From NCBI GenBank assembly GCA_964016885.1, contig OZ024740.1, forward strand, positions 281,542,001-281,606,000: a stretch of DNA of 64,000 bases, read 5' to 3'. This document shows, one piece after another, positions 28,260 through 43,252 of this stretch. The stretch is from Eledone cirrhosa (Eukaryota). A program made the position numbers and the translations under genes. The notes beneath the pieces are model-generated. The model was not told the origin of the DNA. It did not search any database and was given only the letters and a program-made list of their open reading frames with translations. Position 1 is the first letter of the stretch. Every line of letters starts with the position of its first letter.

Positions 28260-30445
28260 GTATATTCTTATTCTTCCTCTCCATACAGATTGAAGCCAAC
28301 TTCTCGGTCGTTAATTACCTCGACGTTACCCTCAATTTATCGAATGGCTTGCATTACCCGTATAGAAAGCCGAATGATACGCTTAATTACATAAGTAAGC
28401 ATTCTAACCATCCTGCCAGCATAACCAAGAACCTGGTAAGAAACGTTTCTTTGAGGCTATCCCGTCTATCTACTAACGAGCATATTTTCAACGACCATTC
28501 CACATATTACAATGAAGCTCTTGCTCAGAGTGGATTTGTCGATAAGGTAGCATATACAGAGTACGAGAATAGACCTAGAAAAATAGATCCCGACGCATTA
28601 TATGGTATAACCCACCATATAATATGGAGGTAGCCAAACCATTAGCTAAGATTTTTGTCTCCCTTATTATGAAGCATTTTCCCCCTACACATAAATATAG
28701 TAAAATTTTTAATAGAAATACTATTAAAATTTCTTACTCTATGACTCCTAACCTTGCACATAACATCACAGCTTCAAATTTAGCTAAACTACCTAGCCGT
28801 AGGAACACGTGTAACCTTGTAGTTAGTACTAACTGTAATTGTAGGAATCGGGTTGACTGCCCCCTATCCGGGAAATGCCTCTCTAGTAACATTGTCTACA
28901 AATGTAAGGTTGAAACACCCACGTCCCGTAGGGCCTACATAGGGTTAACCGCCAATAGATTCAAGCAGCGTCTTTACATGCATACCCATTCTTTTCGTTA
29001 CCCTTTAAGAAGGAATATGACGTCACTTTCAGCTTATATCTGGAGTCTAAAAGACAACCACACCCAATATAAGTTACACAGAGAGATCCTAGCTAGGGCT
29101 AGATCGTATAACGGAAATAAAAGACCATGTGACGTCTGGGCCGCTGAGGCCCTGGAAATACACTACGCCAAAGACCACATCTTAAACAAAAAATCTGAGG
29201 CAATTTCGGCTTGTAAACATAAATTGCACAAAACTTTCCTGTATTACAGCCCCACATTATACTCTAACGGATAGTACGAACTATACGCGGATATTTTACG
29301 TCTTGATGTGGTAGCTAAGTATATGTTATGTTTATACCATTACTTATTTGTATAGGTAAGTATATATTACATGTATGTTTTGTGAAGGTACGTATACTTT
29401 CTCGTACGTATATTTCATTGTATATGTTATGGCGTATATATTATATATTCTGGTACATATGGTTTTGGTTATGTGTATACGTGAGTTTTGCGTCTGTGTG
29501 AGTATGCGGATTCGTACGTATGTAGGGTGTGTGTATATGTGTACTTTGTGTTTTGGTCGACGTACGTCTCCGAACATTCGTGTATTTACATGTAGGTATG
29601 TGTGTGCGCTTGTTATATACGTATTTATTTATTTATATACGTTTATTTAATTATATGTATACACGCACACACACACATATATATATAAATATATATATTT
29701 TTATATATATTTTTATGTGTATTTGGTGTATACATTCGTATGCGTGCGGGTACAGGCTTGCGTGGGTTCAGTATGTGCGTGCGGTTTTTTTTTTGTCTGC
29801 GTGCGTGTATTTGTATACCCACGGCGAGTGTTTTCGCGTATGCTTGTGTATGTACGTTTATGGATGCGTGTATGTATTTATTTAATTTTAATTATCTCTT
29901 TATTCTTAACTCTGAAGCCGAGAATCACTCGGTTTCCTAGTTAGTCTACGACTTCAGTTATACCATTTACGTGGTTTTATTCTCCAAGCTCCACATATGA
30001 CGTATTTTCTTCGTTTTTTCCCGTTCATTGCCATAGAACGTCTCTATGAACCACCTAATAGAATATTAGTCTACGACCTCTTTTATACCATAAACGTGGT
30101 TTTGTCTTTGCGTGTAATTGTTTTTCACCGCTCCAAATAATGACGTATTATATTCGTTTTTTCCCCGTTCTTTGCCAGGAAACGTTACCACGAACCAAAG
30201 AATCGGATTCCTGTCTTCCTCCGGTTGCAACGTTTTTTGAAATATTCACTTCTGCGTTCACAAATTGACTTTGTTAGTTTCAGAAGATCCCGTTAGGGGT
30301 GAAAGCAGCGATTCTTTGCTTAAACTTTAATCTGTTATTTTAATAAATATTTGCCGTACGGTTCTTATATATTTTATATATATTTATCCTTATCGAGCCC
30401 TCTTTGGATTTTAGTCTTCAAATTTATTATTACTATTATTATTAT
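28260..30445 (+). mobile_element. PLE clade A (Naiad-like) 3' part: RT thumb plus GIY-YIG, one frameshift, then 3' region ending in (TA)n
   Basis: NYLDVTL, YRKPND, SNHP, KIFNRNTIKISYS, CNCRNRVDCPLSGKCLSSNIVY, YIGLTANRFKQR. Confidence 0.88.
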
Positions 30446-30464
30446 ATATATATATGTATATATG

Positions 30465-30667
<203 letters not shown>

Positions 30668-30843
30668 GTATATATATATGTATATATAAGTAAGATGTAT
30701 GGTAGGTCGTATGTGAATCGCGATGATCACGTCTGACCTACCAAATATGTGACGGTAGCTAGTTAAGCTCTATGCGTATACGCAGAGCAGAAATATTAGT
30801 GAAAAAGAACAAAGGAACTATTATGACATTATAACAAGTTTAT

Positions 30844-30890
30844 TGCCGACAGCCGTTTCGTCCGACCACATGGTGGGACTTTTCAAGGCA
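30844..30890 (-). ncRNA. Variant hammerhead motif (TTGAAAA core)
   Basis: TGCC-TTGAAAA-GTCC...GGAC-GAAA-CGGCTG-TC-GGCA, followed by AATAAA. Confidence 0.65.
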
Positions 30891-31690
30891 TATAACATGT
30901 GATTGTAAGATCATTATTTACATCAACGTATCACTTAAGGCTAGCAGTTTGAAATTGTGGTATACATCAGCAACTCCGCTTGTATAGTTGGGGTCTATAT
31001 TCTAAGGGGGCTCTTTTATATCAGTTGTCGGAGTCAGGGATTGAAGTTTAAAAATTAGATAATATATAATTTACGCATTAACAGTAAACTAAAAGACTTG
31101 GGGTCCCGTAGAAGCACCTTAGAAAATCCCTTAATAAGTGCATAAAGCTTACAGGCTCCAATAAACCTACTAGACTAGAAGAAATTAAGAGGTTAATAAA
31201 ATAAAAAATAAAAATATAAAGTTTCCCTAAAAAATATATAAAGTTTCCTATGAAATTCCTTCTAGAGAAAAAACAATTTTTTTCCGATAGAAAAAAACCT
31301 TCTTCCACCGAGATCACGTTTACAAATTTCAGAAAACTTATGAAGTTTTGATGTTCCCTTCTAAGTTGAAAGAAACTAATTAATTAAAGGTTAATTCAAA
31401 GAGCCTTCTATAATTCTCTCAGAAAAGGCCCCTTTAATGTATATATGTATATATGTATATATATATATCTATATATATATATATGTATAAATATATATAT
31501 GTATATATATATATATGTATATATATGTATATATATATATATATGTATATCTATATCTATATATATATATATATGTATATCTATATCTATATATATATAT
31601 ATATAACTTTGAATAACTTTGAAATGTTTTGGCCAGTATTGGCCCAGGCCATGTCTAACTTAATAGCACCACCTGGCGAAGTCTTTCAAT

Positions 31691-34600
31691 TCAGGATTTG
31701 GGCACCATGGCCCATTCGAGAAGAGAATTACTGTTTGCGGAGACATATCCGGGTGTGGGTGGTTTGTCCGGGATTACTTGGAGGAATTTGTCCAAAGACT
31801 TCTTGAATTTTGTGTGGTCAGTTTCTGTTTTGACGTGTCCTGGTGTGATGTTGAAGAGAGCAGGGCCGATTGAGGTGAAATAATTGTGCCGTATTGTTGT
31901 TATGAGTTGCGATTTAGATTTTTGAATGGGACGGATAGCACGGGGCCCAAGCCTTGGGTGTATCTTGAAGGCGATGCCAACATCATTTGGGCAGTGGTGA
32001 TGGAACATTTTCCACATCATGCAGATAATATAACGCTCACGGCGACGTTGGAGTGAGTAAAGTTTCAGGTTTTCCAATCGACCCCAGTAGTCAAGGTCTG
32101 ACATGCCATCTATCTTTTTCGTGATTGCCCTTTGAGGAGCTTCAAGTTTCATGATACTTTGTTTCGTGTGGGGAGACCACAGTGGACAACAGTATTCAAG
32201 GTGTGGTCGGGCGAAAGTAGAGAAGAGAAGGATAATGGTGCGGGAATCTCTCGACTGGAAGGTTCTGAGGATCCAGGAACACATTCTGCGGGCCATGTCA
32301 ACTTTGCTGCTTATATGCGTGGTCCAGCTTATGTTGCTGTCCACGGTTACTCCCAAGTCTCTGATGTTGTTAGATGCCACGAGAGTTTCCCCGGAGGGAA
32401 GGGAGTACGGGAGTTTCAGAGCATCCTCTTTTCCAAAGTGGATCAGTTCGAATTTGTCTTCGTTCAGTAACATGTTGTTCTTTTCTGCCCATTGGGTAAC
32501 AGCCAGTAGGTCTGACTGAAGGCTTATCCGGTCATCCACGCCATTGATGACCTTTTGGAGCTTGGAATCATCAGCGAAAATTTTAATGTTGCTGTGTTTG
32601 ATGATGTCAGTGATGTCATTAATATAGATGATGAAGAGAAGTGGGCCCAACACAGTGCCTTGTGGGACTCCACTACTGACTTTGGCTGGGCTTGATTTGA
32701 CTCCCTCAACTACAACATGTTGGGTTCTGTTTGACAGGAAGCTCTTGATCCACTGCAGCAGCTTTCCAGTGACACCAATATTGGACAGCTTTCTCAGTAG
32801 AATGTTATGATCAACCCTGTCAAAGGCCTTGCTGAAATCAAGGTAGATAACATCAGTGTTGGAACCCTCTCCCAAGGCTCTCAAAATGTCATCAAAGTGA
32901 TGCAGTAGTTGCGTCAGGCAATCCCTTCCATTACGGAATCCATGCTGGTTGGAGTTCAGCATATTGTTACTCTCAAGGAAGTGGGTCATTCGCGATCTCA
33001 CCACTCGCTCAAATACCTTAATGATATGAGAGGTGAGTGAGATTGGACGGTAATTCACGGCAAGGGATTTGTTTCCCTTTTTGAAAACTGGGACAACAGA
33101 CTGGGATAGAAGGTTTTCTGGCACATATCCAGCATCCAGTGAGTTCCGCCACAGATTGGCAAGAGGAGAAGCAAGTTGGTGTTGACACGCCTTCAAGACA
33201 CAAGCAGGGAACCTATCGGGACCTACTGCTGAATTATGCTTGATTTCCTTTATTGCCGCCAAGACATCAGGGGCGCCAAACGTTATGTCCGATAAGGTGT
33301 AATGGGGAGTAACATCGCCGATACAGCCCAGATCGGCCATATCAGGATTGCTGAAAACAGAGCAGTATTGTTTCTGCAGTATCTCACCCATGGTTTTAGC
33401 ATTGTCTTGAAGAGTGCCATTTTCATCAATTAGAGGGCCAACAGTAGAGCCAGTGATTTTGTGTTTTTTTGCAAATGAAAAGAACACTTTGGGATTGAGT
33501 TTGATCTTCTCAATGGCCCAGGCCTCTTCAGCTCTTCTCTGATTGTTGATGAGGGACATTATGTTGTTTTGGAGGTTATGTTTTTTAATCTCTAGTGATG
33601 AAATGGCAGTCAAGTTGATGTGTTGCTGCTGACAGTATTTCAGCTTGTTGATTTTTTTGTTCGTTCTCTTAATTTTTCTGATGAGTGTTTTTCTATTTCT
33701 AGGGATTCTGCTCTTAGATTTGTTTATAGTTCTTAATGGGGTGTGTTTAGCACATATGTTTGTAACAGTGTCCACAAATGTCTGCCAGGACTTTTTGATG
33801 TTAGTGGGTGTATGAGTGTGCGTGAAGGACCAGTCGACATGTGCAAGATCATGACTGATCGCTTCCCAGTTTGCATTGTGGAAATCCATAGCGTCAAACG
33901 GATGGACAGGAGAAATGACATTGGGTTTGTATATTGGACGGTGGAATCTCAGATCACAGAGAACCATGTCATGATCAGAGAGTAGAGTTTTCTCCACTGC
34001 AATATTGTGGATATTGTCAGTGTGATTGCTGAAAATTAAGTCTAGGACGTTTTTGTGGCACCTCGTTGGTTCGAGAACTAGTTGGGATAGGAAGAAATCA
34101 TCCATGAAGTCAAGAAGCGATTCCACAGCTTCCCTGTCAGAGGTTGAGGCAGAAGAACCTGGTGGCAGGGTGTTTGTGGACCAGTCAACTCCGGGGAGGT
34201 TGAAGTCCCCCATCATTAAGATGTTGTCAGGGTGACACTCTTGGATGAAACACTTTATGCTGTTGAGGCATTCCTTGAAGCATGGTACAGGCGTTTGGGG
34301 TGGCCTATAGAGCCCAACTACTAATAGGTTGTTGGTTTGACTGAATACAGTGACTGCCTCACAGTATCCATTAGTGAATATGTTCATAGCCTCTGTTGAG
34401 AAAGAATTATGGACATAAATGGCAGTTCCGCCCTTTCTTCTGCCAGCGCGATCAGCACGGATGGCTTTGAAATTTTTCACTTTCACCTCGGCTTCCAAGT
34501 GGAGGTTACTGAGATGGGTTTCAGTGAGGACGAAGAAAGGGATGTGGTTTGGATGGACATCAATCCAGTCCTCCAGGAATTTGATCTTCCATTTTTGAGT

Positions 34601-34711
34601 ATTGGTGGAAGGGCTGATGCCTTGGGCGTTAAGCAAAAATGTAGAGGCGAGAGTGGATGGTTTTAATTGTTTTGGTGTGTTGTTAATTTGTTTGTTTGTT
34701 AATGGCAGCAA
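31691..34711 (-). CDS. LINE ORF2: APE endonuclease plus reverse transcriptase, CR1/L2-like, uninterrupted 1006 codons
   Basis: APE motifs LLNAQGI, LTETHL, GLYRPP, MGDFNLP, LDLIF, SDH. RT motifs [47 protein letters not shown]-terminal [10 protein letters not shown]. The listed start is TTG; the frame is open back to 34828. Confidence 0.96.
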   Translation of the reverse strand: MLPLTNKQINNTPKQLKPSTLASTFLLNAQGISPSTNTQKWKIKFLEDWIDVHPNHIPFFVLTETHLSNLHLEAEVKVKNFKAIRADRAGRRKGGTAIYVHNSFSTEAMNIFTNGYCEAVTVFSQTNNLLVVGLYRPPQTPVPCFKECLNSIKCFIQECHPDNILMMGDFNLPGVDWSTNTLPPGSSASTSDREAVESLLDFMDDFFLSQLVLEPTRCHKNVLDLIFSNHTDNIHNIAVEKTLLSDHDMVLCDLRFHRPIYKPNVISPVHPFDAMDFHNANWEAISHDLAHVDWSFTHTHTPTNIKKSWQTFVDTVTNICAKHTPLRTINKSKSRIPRNRKTLIRKIKRTNKKINKLKYCQQQHINLTAISSLEIKKHNLQNNIMSLINNQRRAEEAWAIEKIKLNPKVFFSFAKKHKITGSTVGPLIDENGTLQDNAKTMGEILQKQYCSVFSNPDMADLGCIGDVTPHYTLSDITFGAPDVLAAIKEIKHNSAVGPDRFPACVLKACQHQLASPLANLWRNSLDAGYVPENLLSQSVVPVFKKGNKSLAVNYRPISLTSHIIKVFERVVRSRMTHFLESNNMLNSNQHGFRNGRDCLTQLLHHFDDILRALGEGSNTDVIYLDFSKAFDRVDHNILLRKLSNIGVTGKLLQWIKSFLSNRTQHVVVEGVKSSPAKVSSGVPQGTVLGPLLFIIYINDITDIIKHSNIKIFADDSKLQKVINGVDDRISLQSDLLAVTQWAEKNNMLLNEDKFELIHFGKEDALKLPYSLPSGETLVASNNIRDLGVTVDSNISWTTHISSKVDMARRMCSWILRTFQSRDSRTIILLFSTFARPHLEYCCPLWSPHTKQSIMKLEAPQRAITKKIDGMSDLDYWGRLENLKLYSLQRRRERYIICMMWKMFHHHCPNDVGIAFKIHPRLGPRAIRPIQKSKSQLITTIRHNYFTSIGPALFNITPGHVKTETDHTKFKKSLDKFLQVIPDKPPTPGYVSANSNSLLEWAMVPKS

Positions 34712-35847
34712 TGGGAGTTTGTGCAGTGGGGTGATAGTGGAGGGTGGTGCTGGGTGATAGCTCGAATGTTTTTTTCCAGTTCTTTTGCCAGATTCATTAT
34801 GGCTAAAAAAGAGGAAGAAGTTTCCTGTTTAGAAGACTGTTGGTGACTGTGGTAGTGGTTATTTTTATGTAGGTTATGGTTTTTGTTTTTGCTTTTATTT
34901 TTAATTTTATTTTCATTTATCCGACGGGTCCCCGGGAGATGGGTAAAGGGACAATCCCGGTCTAAACACAATCTGTCTCGCAGGGAAAAACGGCAGATTT
35001 GTGGATTCCTTGTTTGAGTTATTGGTGGTTGTGTTGGTGTTAAATTAGAGTATGTATTATGGTGGTGGCTGTTTGTGGGGATAGATCGTTTTGTCCTAGG
35101 TAAATGGGTGAATTTGCAGCCACTATCCGTACATATTCTATAGCGTAGAGAGTAGCGGCAAATGATGGGGTTTCGAGTGGGTGGGTATGTGGGTGTGGGT
35201 GTTGTGAGAGGTGTAGATGATGGTTTGGGTAGGATTTGACGACCTTTGTGGACTGTGGGAGGGAGAGTTCTTGTTCTGGTATTAGAAGGTAAATTCCTTG
35301 ACATAGCAGTAGACAAAAATGTTGTAGTAGTAGTAGTAGTAGTAGGCAGAGATGTTGGCAGTGGTGATGATTGGACTGCTGGGCCAGAGAAAGGATGTGG
35401 CGTTTCATGCTGTGAGACAGAGGCTACTTGAGGGTCAATAGTTTCATTTAGTAGATCGGCCATTGTTGATGAATCAAGGAGTGGTTCACACTGTTGTTGT
35501 CGTTGTTGTTGCTGTTGTTGTTGTTGTAGCTGTTGTTGTTGTTGTTGTTGTTGCTGTTGTAGCTGCTGTTGTTGTTGTTGCTGCTGCTGGACAGCATTCG
35601 AAGAGAAAACACACCGTAGTTTATCCAAATGTTTATTGATTAATTTAAAAGCAATTTCGATTTGCTTTAATTTATTTTGAATCTGTTGTTCAGATCGAGT
35701 TTTCAAAAATTGAACTGTACGTTTAGCAATGTCGTTCAGAGATGAAGCATCTATATTTTCTGTTTGGGAAAGGCAATGCCATGTGTTTATTAGAATGTCG
35801 ATTTCATTATCAGACCAGTTCTGTTTGGATTTTTGCTGGTTAGCCAT
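34699..35847 (-). CDS. LINE ORF1 (382 aa): Myb/SANT(trihelix)-like N-terminus, polyQ, poly-Thr, two CCCH-type zinc fingers
   Basis: ATG-started ORF directly upstream of and overlapping ORF2. NWSDNEIDILINTW...RSEQQIQNKLKQI; CRYSLRYRICTDSGCKFTH and CRFSLRDRLCLDRDCPFTH. Confidence 0.85.
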   Translation of the reverse strand: MANQQKSKQNWSDNEIDILINTWHCLSQTENIDASSLNDIAKRTVQFLKTRSEQQIQNKLKQIEIAFKLINKHLDKLRCVFSSNAVQQQQQQQQQLQQQQQQQQQQLQQQQQQQQRQQQCEPLLDSSTMADLLNETIDPQVASVSQHETPHPFSGPAVQSSPLPTSLPTTTTTTTTFLSTAMSRNLPSNTRTRTLPPTVHKGRQILPKPSSTPLTTPTPTYPPTRNPIICRYSLRYRICTDSGCKFTHLPRTKRSIPTNSHHHNTYSNLTPTQPPITQTRNPQICRFSLRDRLCLDRDCPFTHLPGTRRINENKIKNKSKNKNHNLHKNNHYHSHQQSSKQETSSSFLAIMNLAKELEKNIRAITQHHPPLSPHCTNSHCCH

Positions 35848-36139
35848 TCTAGTTTTGAGTGTGTGTGTGTTTTAGTTAAGTATTTCAATATATATATATT
35901 TTTTTTTTTAAATTTATTTTTGATTTATTTGTTTTTTGTTTTTCTTGTGTGTGAGTGAGAAGCGTATATATATAAATATGAGTATATATATATATATATA
36001 TGTATATTCTGGTTATTTGAAATTAATTAAGTTAATGAAAAGACGAAAGTATATAATAATAATTTGTAGTTAAAGGAAAATGTACTCACAAGTTCGTGTG
36101 TGTGTGTTTTAGTTAAGTATTTCAATATATATATATTTT

Positions 36140-37587
<1,448 letters not shown>

Positions 37588-37635
37588 ATAATAATAGTAA
37601 TAATAAATTTGAAGACTAAAATATATATATATTAG

Positions 37636-37815
37636 TAAAAAGGAAAAGAAAATGCTCACAAATTGTTCTCAGTGAAAAATAGTTTAATTAAGAATAAGTA
37701 TAAATTAGTAATAAATATTGGTATTCAGTTTTAGTTTTAAGTTTTTACCGGTTGCGCATTTCTAATGCTTTTCAAAAATAATTTTGAGATAGACCGCTCG
37801 TGATCTTAACTCTAA
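37636..37815. repeat. Interspersed repeat, second copy at 55725-55950 ending in a hairpin
   Basis: AAATGCTCACAAATTGTTC...CCGGTTGCGCATTTCTAATGC...TTGAGATAGA is shared. Confidence 0.8.
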
Positions 37816-37874
37816 TATGCCCCATATATGGGGTAGGAACGAGATATCAACAAAGCATCATTATGTTTATTCAC

Positions 37875-37962
37875 CTGTGACTCACGTTTCGCGATCGATC
37901 AGCTCAAGGTACGATCGGTATCGATCGTGCCCGACTCTGGAATCGATAACTCATCAGATTGT
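37875..37962 (-). ncRNA. Probable hammerhead motif with extended stem II
   Basis: CTGATGA-G..ATCGAT...ACGATCG-ATAC-CGATCGT...ATCGAT..C-GAAA-CGTGA-GTC; stems I and III are imperfect. Confidence 0.5.
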
Positions 37963-38614
37963 GGTTTCCTTAATGACAGAAGATATATAAATATATGCAC
38001 TTTGAATGTTATGTTGTACTTTGGCCTTCAGTAGTGTAAATGTCATTAACAGTAAGGGATAAGTGAAGCAAGGTACATGTTGCCGGCATTCTCAATGATG
38101 GGGGAAATTAGAAAGGATAGAGGGAATAGAAAAAACCTAGAAAACATGGAGAATGATGGAAATAATAGTGAAAATAAAAAAAATAATTTTAAAAATAATT
38201 TAAAAAATAAATAAATGATTTCTTTGATCATCGCAGCATTGTTTGATTTGTTGAAATCGGCGTCAGTTTGGCTAGCTTTATCAATAACTGTTGACGGCTA
38301 TAAAGGGTTAATATTATTTATTGATCTTCTACTTCACCACCACTACTGCTACAAACTCGCACACATTCAAACAAGCACAATACACATCATTGAAAAGACG
38401 AGAATCTCAAAAATTGTATTGTAAGATAGCAGTACTGACTAAAACTAATATCAGAAAATTCTATTTTTCGAACTCTCGAAGTTTCTATGATTCCATAGAT
38501 TCCTGAATGGGGGTCAAAATAAGAGTGTCCACGCCGCGCCGCGGCCCTGGGAGTATTGAAAAGATCCACAAGACCGACAAGAACAATTAGATCGACAAGA
38601 TACTGCTAATCATA

Positions 38615-38750
38615 TCGCCTTAGTGAATAGAGCTTTGGGCTTCCAATCGATAGGTTTGGAGTTCAATTCTTGGACCAGGTGACGTGTTGTTTCCTTAAGC
38701 AAGACACTTTATTTCACGTTGTTCCAGTTTACTCAGCTATAGAAATGAGA
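38615..38750 (+). mobile_element. tRNA-derived SINE family B
   Basis: CCTTAGTGAATAGAG, GAGTTCAATTC, TCCTTAAGCAAGACACTT. Confidence 0.75.
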
Positions 38751-39196
38751 TGATAGGACTGGGGTCCCTATCATTAAATTACCCAAGACACTTCCAACGA
38801 GATATACCTTGGAGGAAGCCAGCTAAACCTGCATAGGTGTGAGCTGTCACACACAAACCTATCACCACCACAAGCAACTGGACATGATAAAAAGAACTAA
38901 CTCACACGTGTAAAATATATATAAGTTGGAAAAATAACTAATCTCTTTCAAAGATTCAAAACAACAGAACTTAAGTTGTTAAGTAAAACTGATTTTTGAA
39001 AAGTTTGTTTTAAACAATCAAAATCGGTAAACGTAACTGTCCTTCATGTAACAATTACACAAATATTTGTTTTGCCTGGTTAAAGGAAGAGACAATTTTT
39101 AAATACACTTCATTTATATATATATAATCATTTCCACATTCCATATACACACATAGATATACATATATACATACACACGCACAGAAACCCACAAAA

Positions 39197-39250
<54 letters not shown>

Positions 39251-40870
39251 AGAAGCAAAAAATTGCTTATTGTGATCCAGTTTTTGGTTAAGAAAGCCAG
39301 TTTCATGCATGGTTTCAACGTACGGTTAGGGGTAACTCCACAAGTTTGTAAGAATTCCGTTCAATCTTGGAGTATAAAGTATAAAAGAGAAAACACAGGT
39401 AAGCATTAAGAGAAGGATTTTATCCAGGTATTTACGACCGTTTCATTGGTAAGTGCAACCTTATATTGCTATACTGCAAATAGCAGCCACTCAATTATAA
39501 TTGTTGTTCACAGTCCAAATTTTCAAAATAGTAAGTTACTCTTGAAATAATTCTTAATATATAGAGAAAAACATTTATTTGGAATTGTATTTACTAGTAT
39601 AGAGAGAGAGGAATCAGGAGGTGAGGGGACAGACGGAATAGTATAGAGAGAGAGAGAGGAAGGAGGTAGAGGTAGGAAGTAGAATGACAAACTGAGATGG
39701 AGGGAGGGGTAGAGGTAGAAAGATTCCTTGGTCAGTTTTGATAGCAGACTTCATGTCGTGGAATGTAGTGAGTTAAAGAGAATTAAATTGATCATAGTGG
39801 GAGGGATGGATAGGGAGGGAGAGAGAGAGGGGGGGATATAAAGAGATTTAAAAAAAAAAAGATAAAGATAATAATGACAAAAATAAAAGCAAAGAAGGGG
39901 GTGAGAAAGAAGAAAAGAAAAGATAGCCAAGAAGGGGAGGGGAGGAAGGAAGTAAACGAAGAAATAGAAGAGGAATGAGGGAGAAGAGGGGGATATATGT
40001 ATTGGTTTTGTGGGTAATTAAAGGGTTCAGATACAACAAGAGGGTATAAAGTCTAAGTACATGCAGTTTGTCAGTTGGTAGTAAGAGGTTAAGGGTTCGA
40101 TTTGTAGTGCGAAAACTTCTCTTTGAGTCTATGGTTACAATAAATTGATCTCTCGATTTTATTGTTGAGTAACTTATTCTTCGAACTCAAGATGTGGAAC
40201 AGCTCAAGGTCGCATAATCGACAGCTTCTCATACCTCTCCGATACGGGGGCGCGTTCGATAATTTTTTCCACTTCAGGGTGTATTGATGGTTACTTTGCC
40301 TCAGTTGCCAGGTCTTGTTTGCAAGGGTAGTTACATAACGGTGCTGGGAATGCTAACAAAACTGACCAAGGAATCCTTCCACCTCTACCCCACCCATGTA
40401 CATGTCCCTTTCTTTTGTGCCCTAGTGGCAAATAAACAGAAATTAGTATTTCATAATATATAAGTGACTATAACGTCAAAATGGAAAATAATTAACGTAA
40501 GATGTGGGAAAATAATTCAAACTTAATTCAAAAAAATCAAGACAGATTTATCCATAGAATTTTGTGAAATCCAGGGAAAAAACCAATAGAGCCTTAACTC
40601 TGAATAAAATAAAGTTAAATACTCATCCTTCATATATATATATAGATAATTTAATATATCTACTAACATAAGCGCACAGATGTACGCCAATGCCAGCAAA
40701 TACACAGGTTATGTCATAGTACCTAGGTGGTTCAATGCAGGAGAATGCAGAACAATAATATAAAAGACGTAAAATAAGAAAATTTCTTTAAAAAAAATTT
40801 TTTTTTTAAATTAACTTACTTAAATTTTCCTTTTTTTTTTTTTTTTTTAAAGAAATTTTCTTATTTTACG

Positions 40871-40906
<36 letters not shown>

Positions 40907-41836
40907 CTCTAAAGCAGAAGACGATGGCCTACAGGATATACTTTATTTACATCATGTAGATGTAAATAAAATCTATCCTGCAGGCCATCATATAAATAAG
41001 ACAGTTACTACCGTTACTATCGTATGTAGTCAAAGTAATTTTTTTTCGCATGTATAATTTATTTCAACACAAACACAGCCTCGTGAATAACGAAATAAAT
41101 CAAAATAAATATATCTAATTTCTCATTGAAATTGTTAACAAGGCTGTACAATTATTGAACTAAATAAACATGTGCAAATATTTGAGAAACATCATTAAAT
41201 TATAATAGAAGAAAAAACACTTTTCTGCTAGCATTTTTCTGCTAGTATGTGTAATGCTATACGCAAATATATATATATATTGATATGATACATTGAACAA
41301 AGTCTGTGTTACAATCTCTTCTGCAACCAGTAATACATTTAAAAAAAGAGCATATTATATATAAACTGTATTAAGAGAAAATTAGCGAAGGAAATATATG
41401 CGATGTTTTTATAAGTGTTATAATATAACCGGAAGTGTTGATATTTGAAAATTTTGAAGAAGTGAATCTTTAAAAAACTAATAAAATATATTTAAGCAAG
41501 AGTTACGAAATTTAGTACATAAATTATGTAATATTCATTCATTATTTATTCAAAGTAATCCAAATTATTTTACAAACGGGGTAAACAAATATATTCTGGA
41601 CGCAGTTCCGCTCTCCATTCTTTATTATAGTTAAGATTCAGAAACTCTTGTAAATACATATGTATATAATTAAAGAATGGGTTTAACAGAATAGGGATGT
41701 GCTGATCACAATATGGCCTGTGTGTTGTGGATAAAAAGAAGCGTTCAACGACCTGTATAAGTAGTACAAGACGGAGCATTATATATCAATAAAAGATCGG
41801 AGGCCATATTCAGTTAATTCTGGTTTATTTAAAACT

Positions 41837-41894
41837 CCGTTATACATATTTCACTGATGACTATCAGTTTAGATAGCCTGAGCTCTTCAGACGG
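41837..41894 (-). ncRNA. Type I hammerhead motif
   Basis: CCGT-CTGAAGA-GCT...GGCTATC/GATAGTC...AGT-GAAA-TATGTA-TA-ACGG; decayed homolog near 27378-27435. Confidence 0.65.
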
Positions 41895-42008
41895 CAAAAC
41901 CTAAAATAAACATTGAAAGTTCCTAATAAACCTTTAAATTCGGAAAAATCCAATAATTTCCCTAAAAAGATTTTCTTTTCATTATACAGGGGGCCAGCTG
42001 AATGCCTG

Positions 42009-42077
<69 letters not shown>

Positions 42078-42187
42078 CACACACACACATATATATGTGT
42101 ATATATATATATACATATATATATACACACACACACATATATATGTATATATATATACATATATATATACACACACACACATATATA

Positions 42188-42349
<162 letters not shown>

Positions 42350-42507
42350 TTAGTATTTCAGTATGCATATGTAGATGTACATTTTTAACTTAATTATATA
42401 TATATATATATATTGTGTTAACGTAGGAAAGGTAAAGGAAAGGCGAGTGTTCTATGTAGGCTACAGAACTATTTAGTTATGTAATAAACAACAGGAGACA
42501 ATTATTC

Positions 42508-42574
42508 CAGTTACCAAAGGTTTCACGAACACTGACGAACTCGGCACAGTCGTCTGAAATCGTTCATCAGAATG
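42508..42574 (-). ncRNA. Type I hammerhead motif
   Basis: CATT-CTGATGA-ACGA...TCGT-GAAA-CC-TTT-GG-TA-ACTG. Confidence 0.72.
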
Positions 42575-42893
42575 ACATTTTATTTGAAGTGGATGTGAGA
42601 TATGAATTTCAAAACAAAGCATAAAATATTAGAAAGCGAGGCTGATATAAAATAAAATAACGGGCGTAATGTAATGGGGGAAAATAATAAATATATATGT
42701 ATATATATATAAATATAGACATAGATATATAAGCATCTACCCACGTATATACTATTACTCACACACATTCACATAAACATACGTACATGTACACAAACAT
42801 ATATACATACACACATACATACCTGCATACACACGTACATATACATAGACACAAGCCTATAGATACGTACACATACACACATATATATACACA

Positions 42894-42937
<44 letters not shown>

Positions 42938-43060
42938 TATATATATATATACATACACAAACGCACACACACATGTATATGAATACACACATATACACAT
43001 ATACATATGTACATACACACACATACAATCACATATATACGTTCACATATAAAAGATACA

Positions 43061-43252
43061 ATAATTGTTTCTACTTTTGGCACAAGGCCAGCAATGACCA
43101 AGTACATTACTGGTACTTTATTTTATCGACTCCTTAAGGATGAAAGGCAAAGTTAACCTCGGCGGCATTTGAACTCAGACCGTAAAGGGACGTAAATATG
43201 CTGGAAAACATGGCGTCCGACTCTCTACCGATACTGCCAATCCACCGCCCTT
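43061..43252 (-). mobile_element. tRNA-derived SINE family A
   Basis: Full copy with A and B boxes, core and tail. Confidence 0.88.

Noticed and set aside
28268-28288. Splice-acceptor-like TTCTTCCTCTCCATACAG before the PLE fragment
   Set aside because: It reads as conserved PLE coding sequence (LSIQI, homologous to LKITI).
30278-30315. CAGAAGA-TCCC-GTTA-GGGG-T-GAAA hammerhead-like motif (also near 44548)
   Set aside because: No stem III closure with UH and no stem I in either copy.
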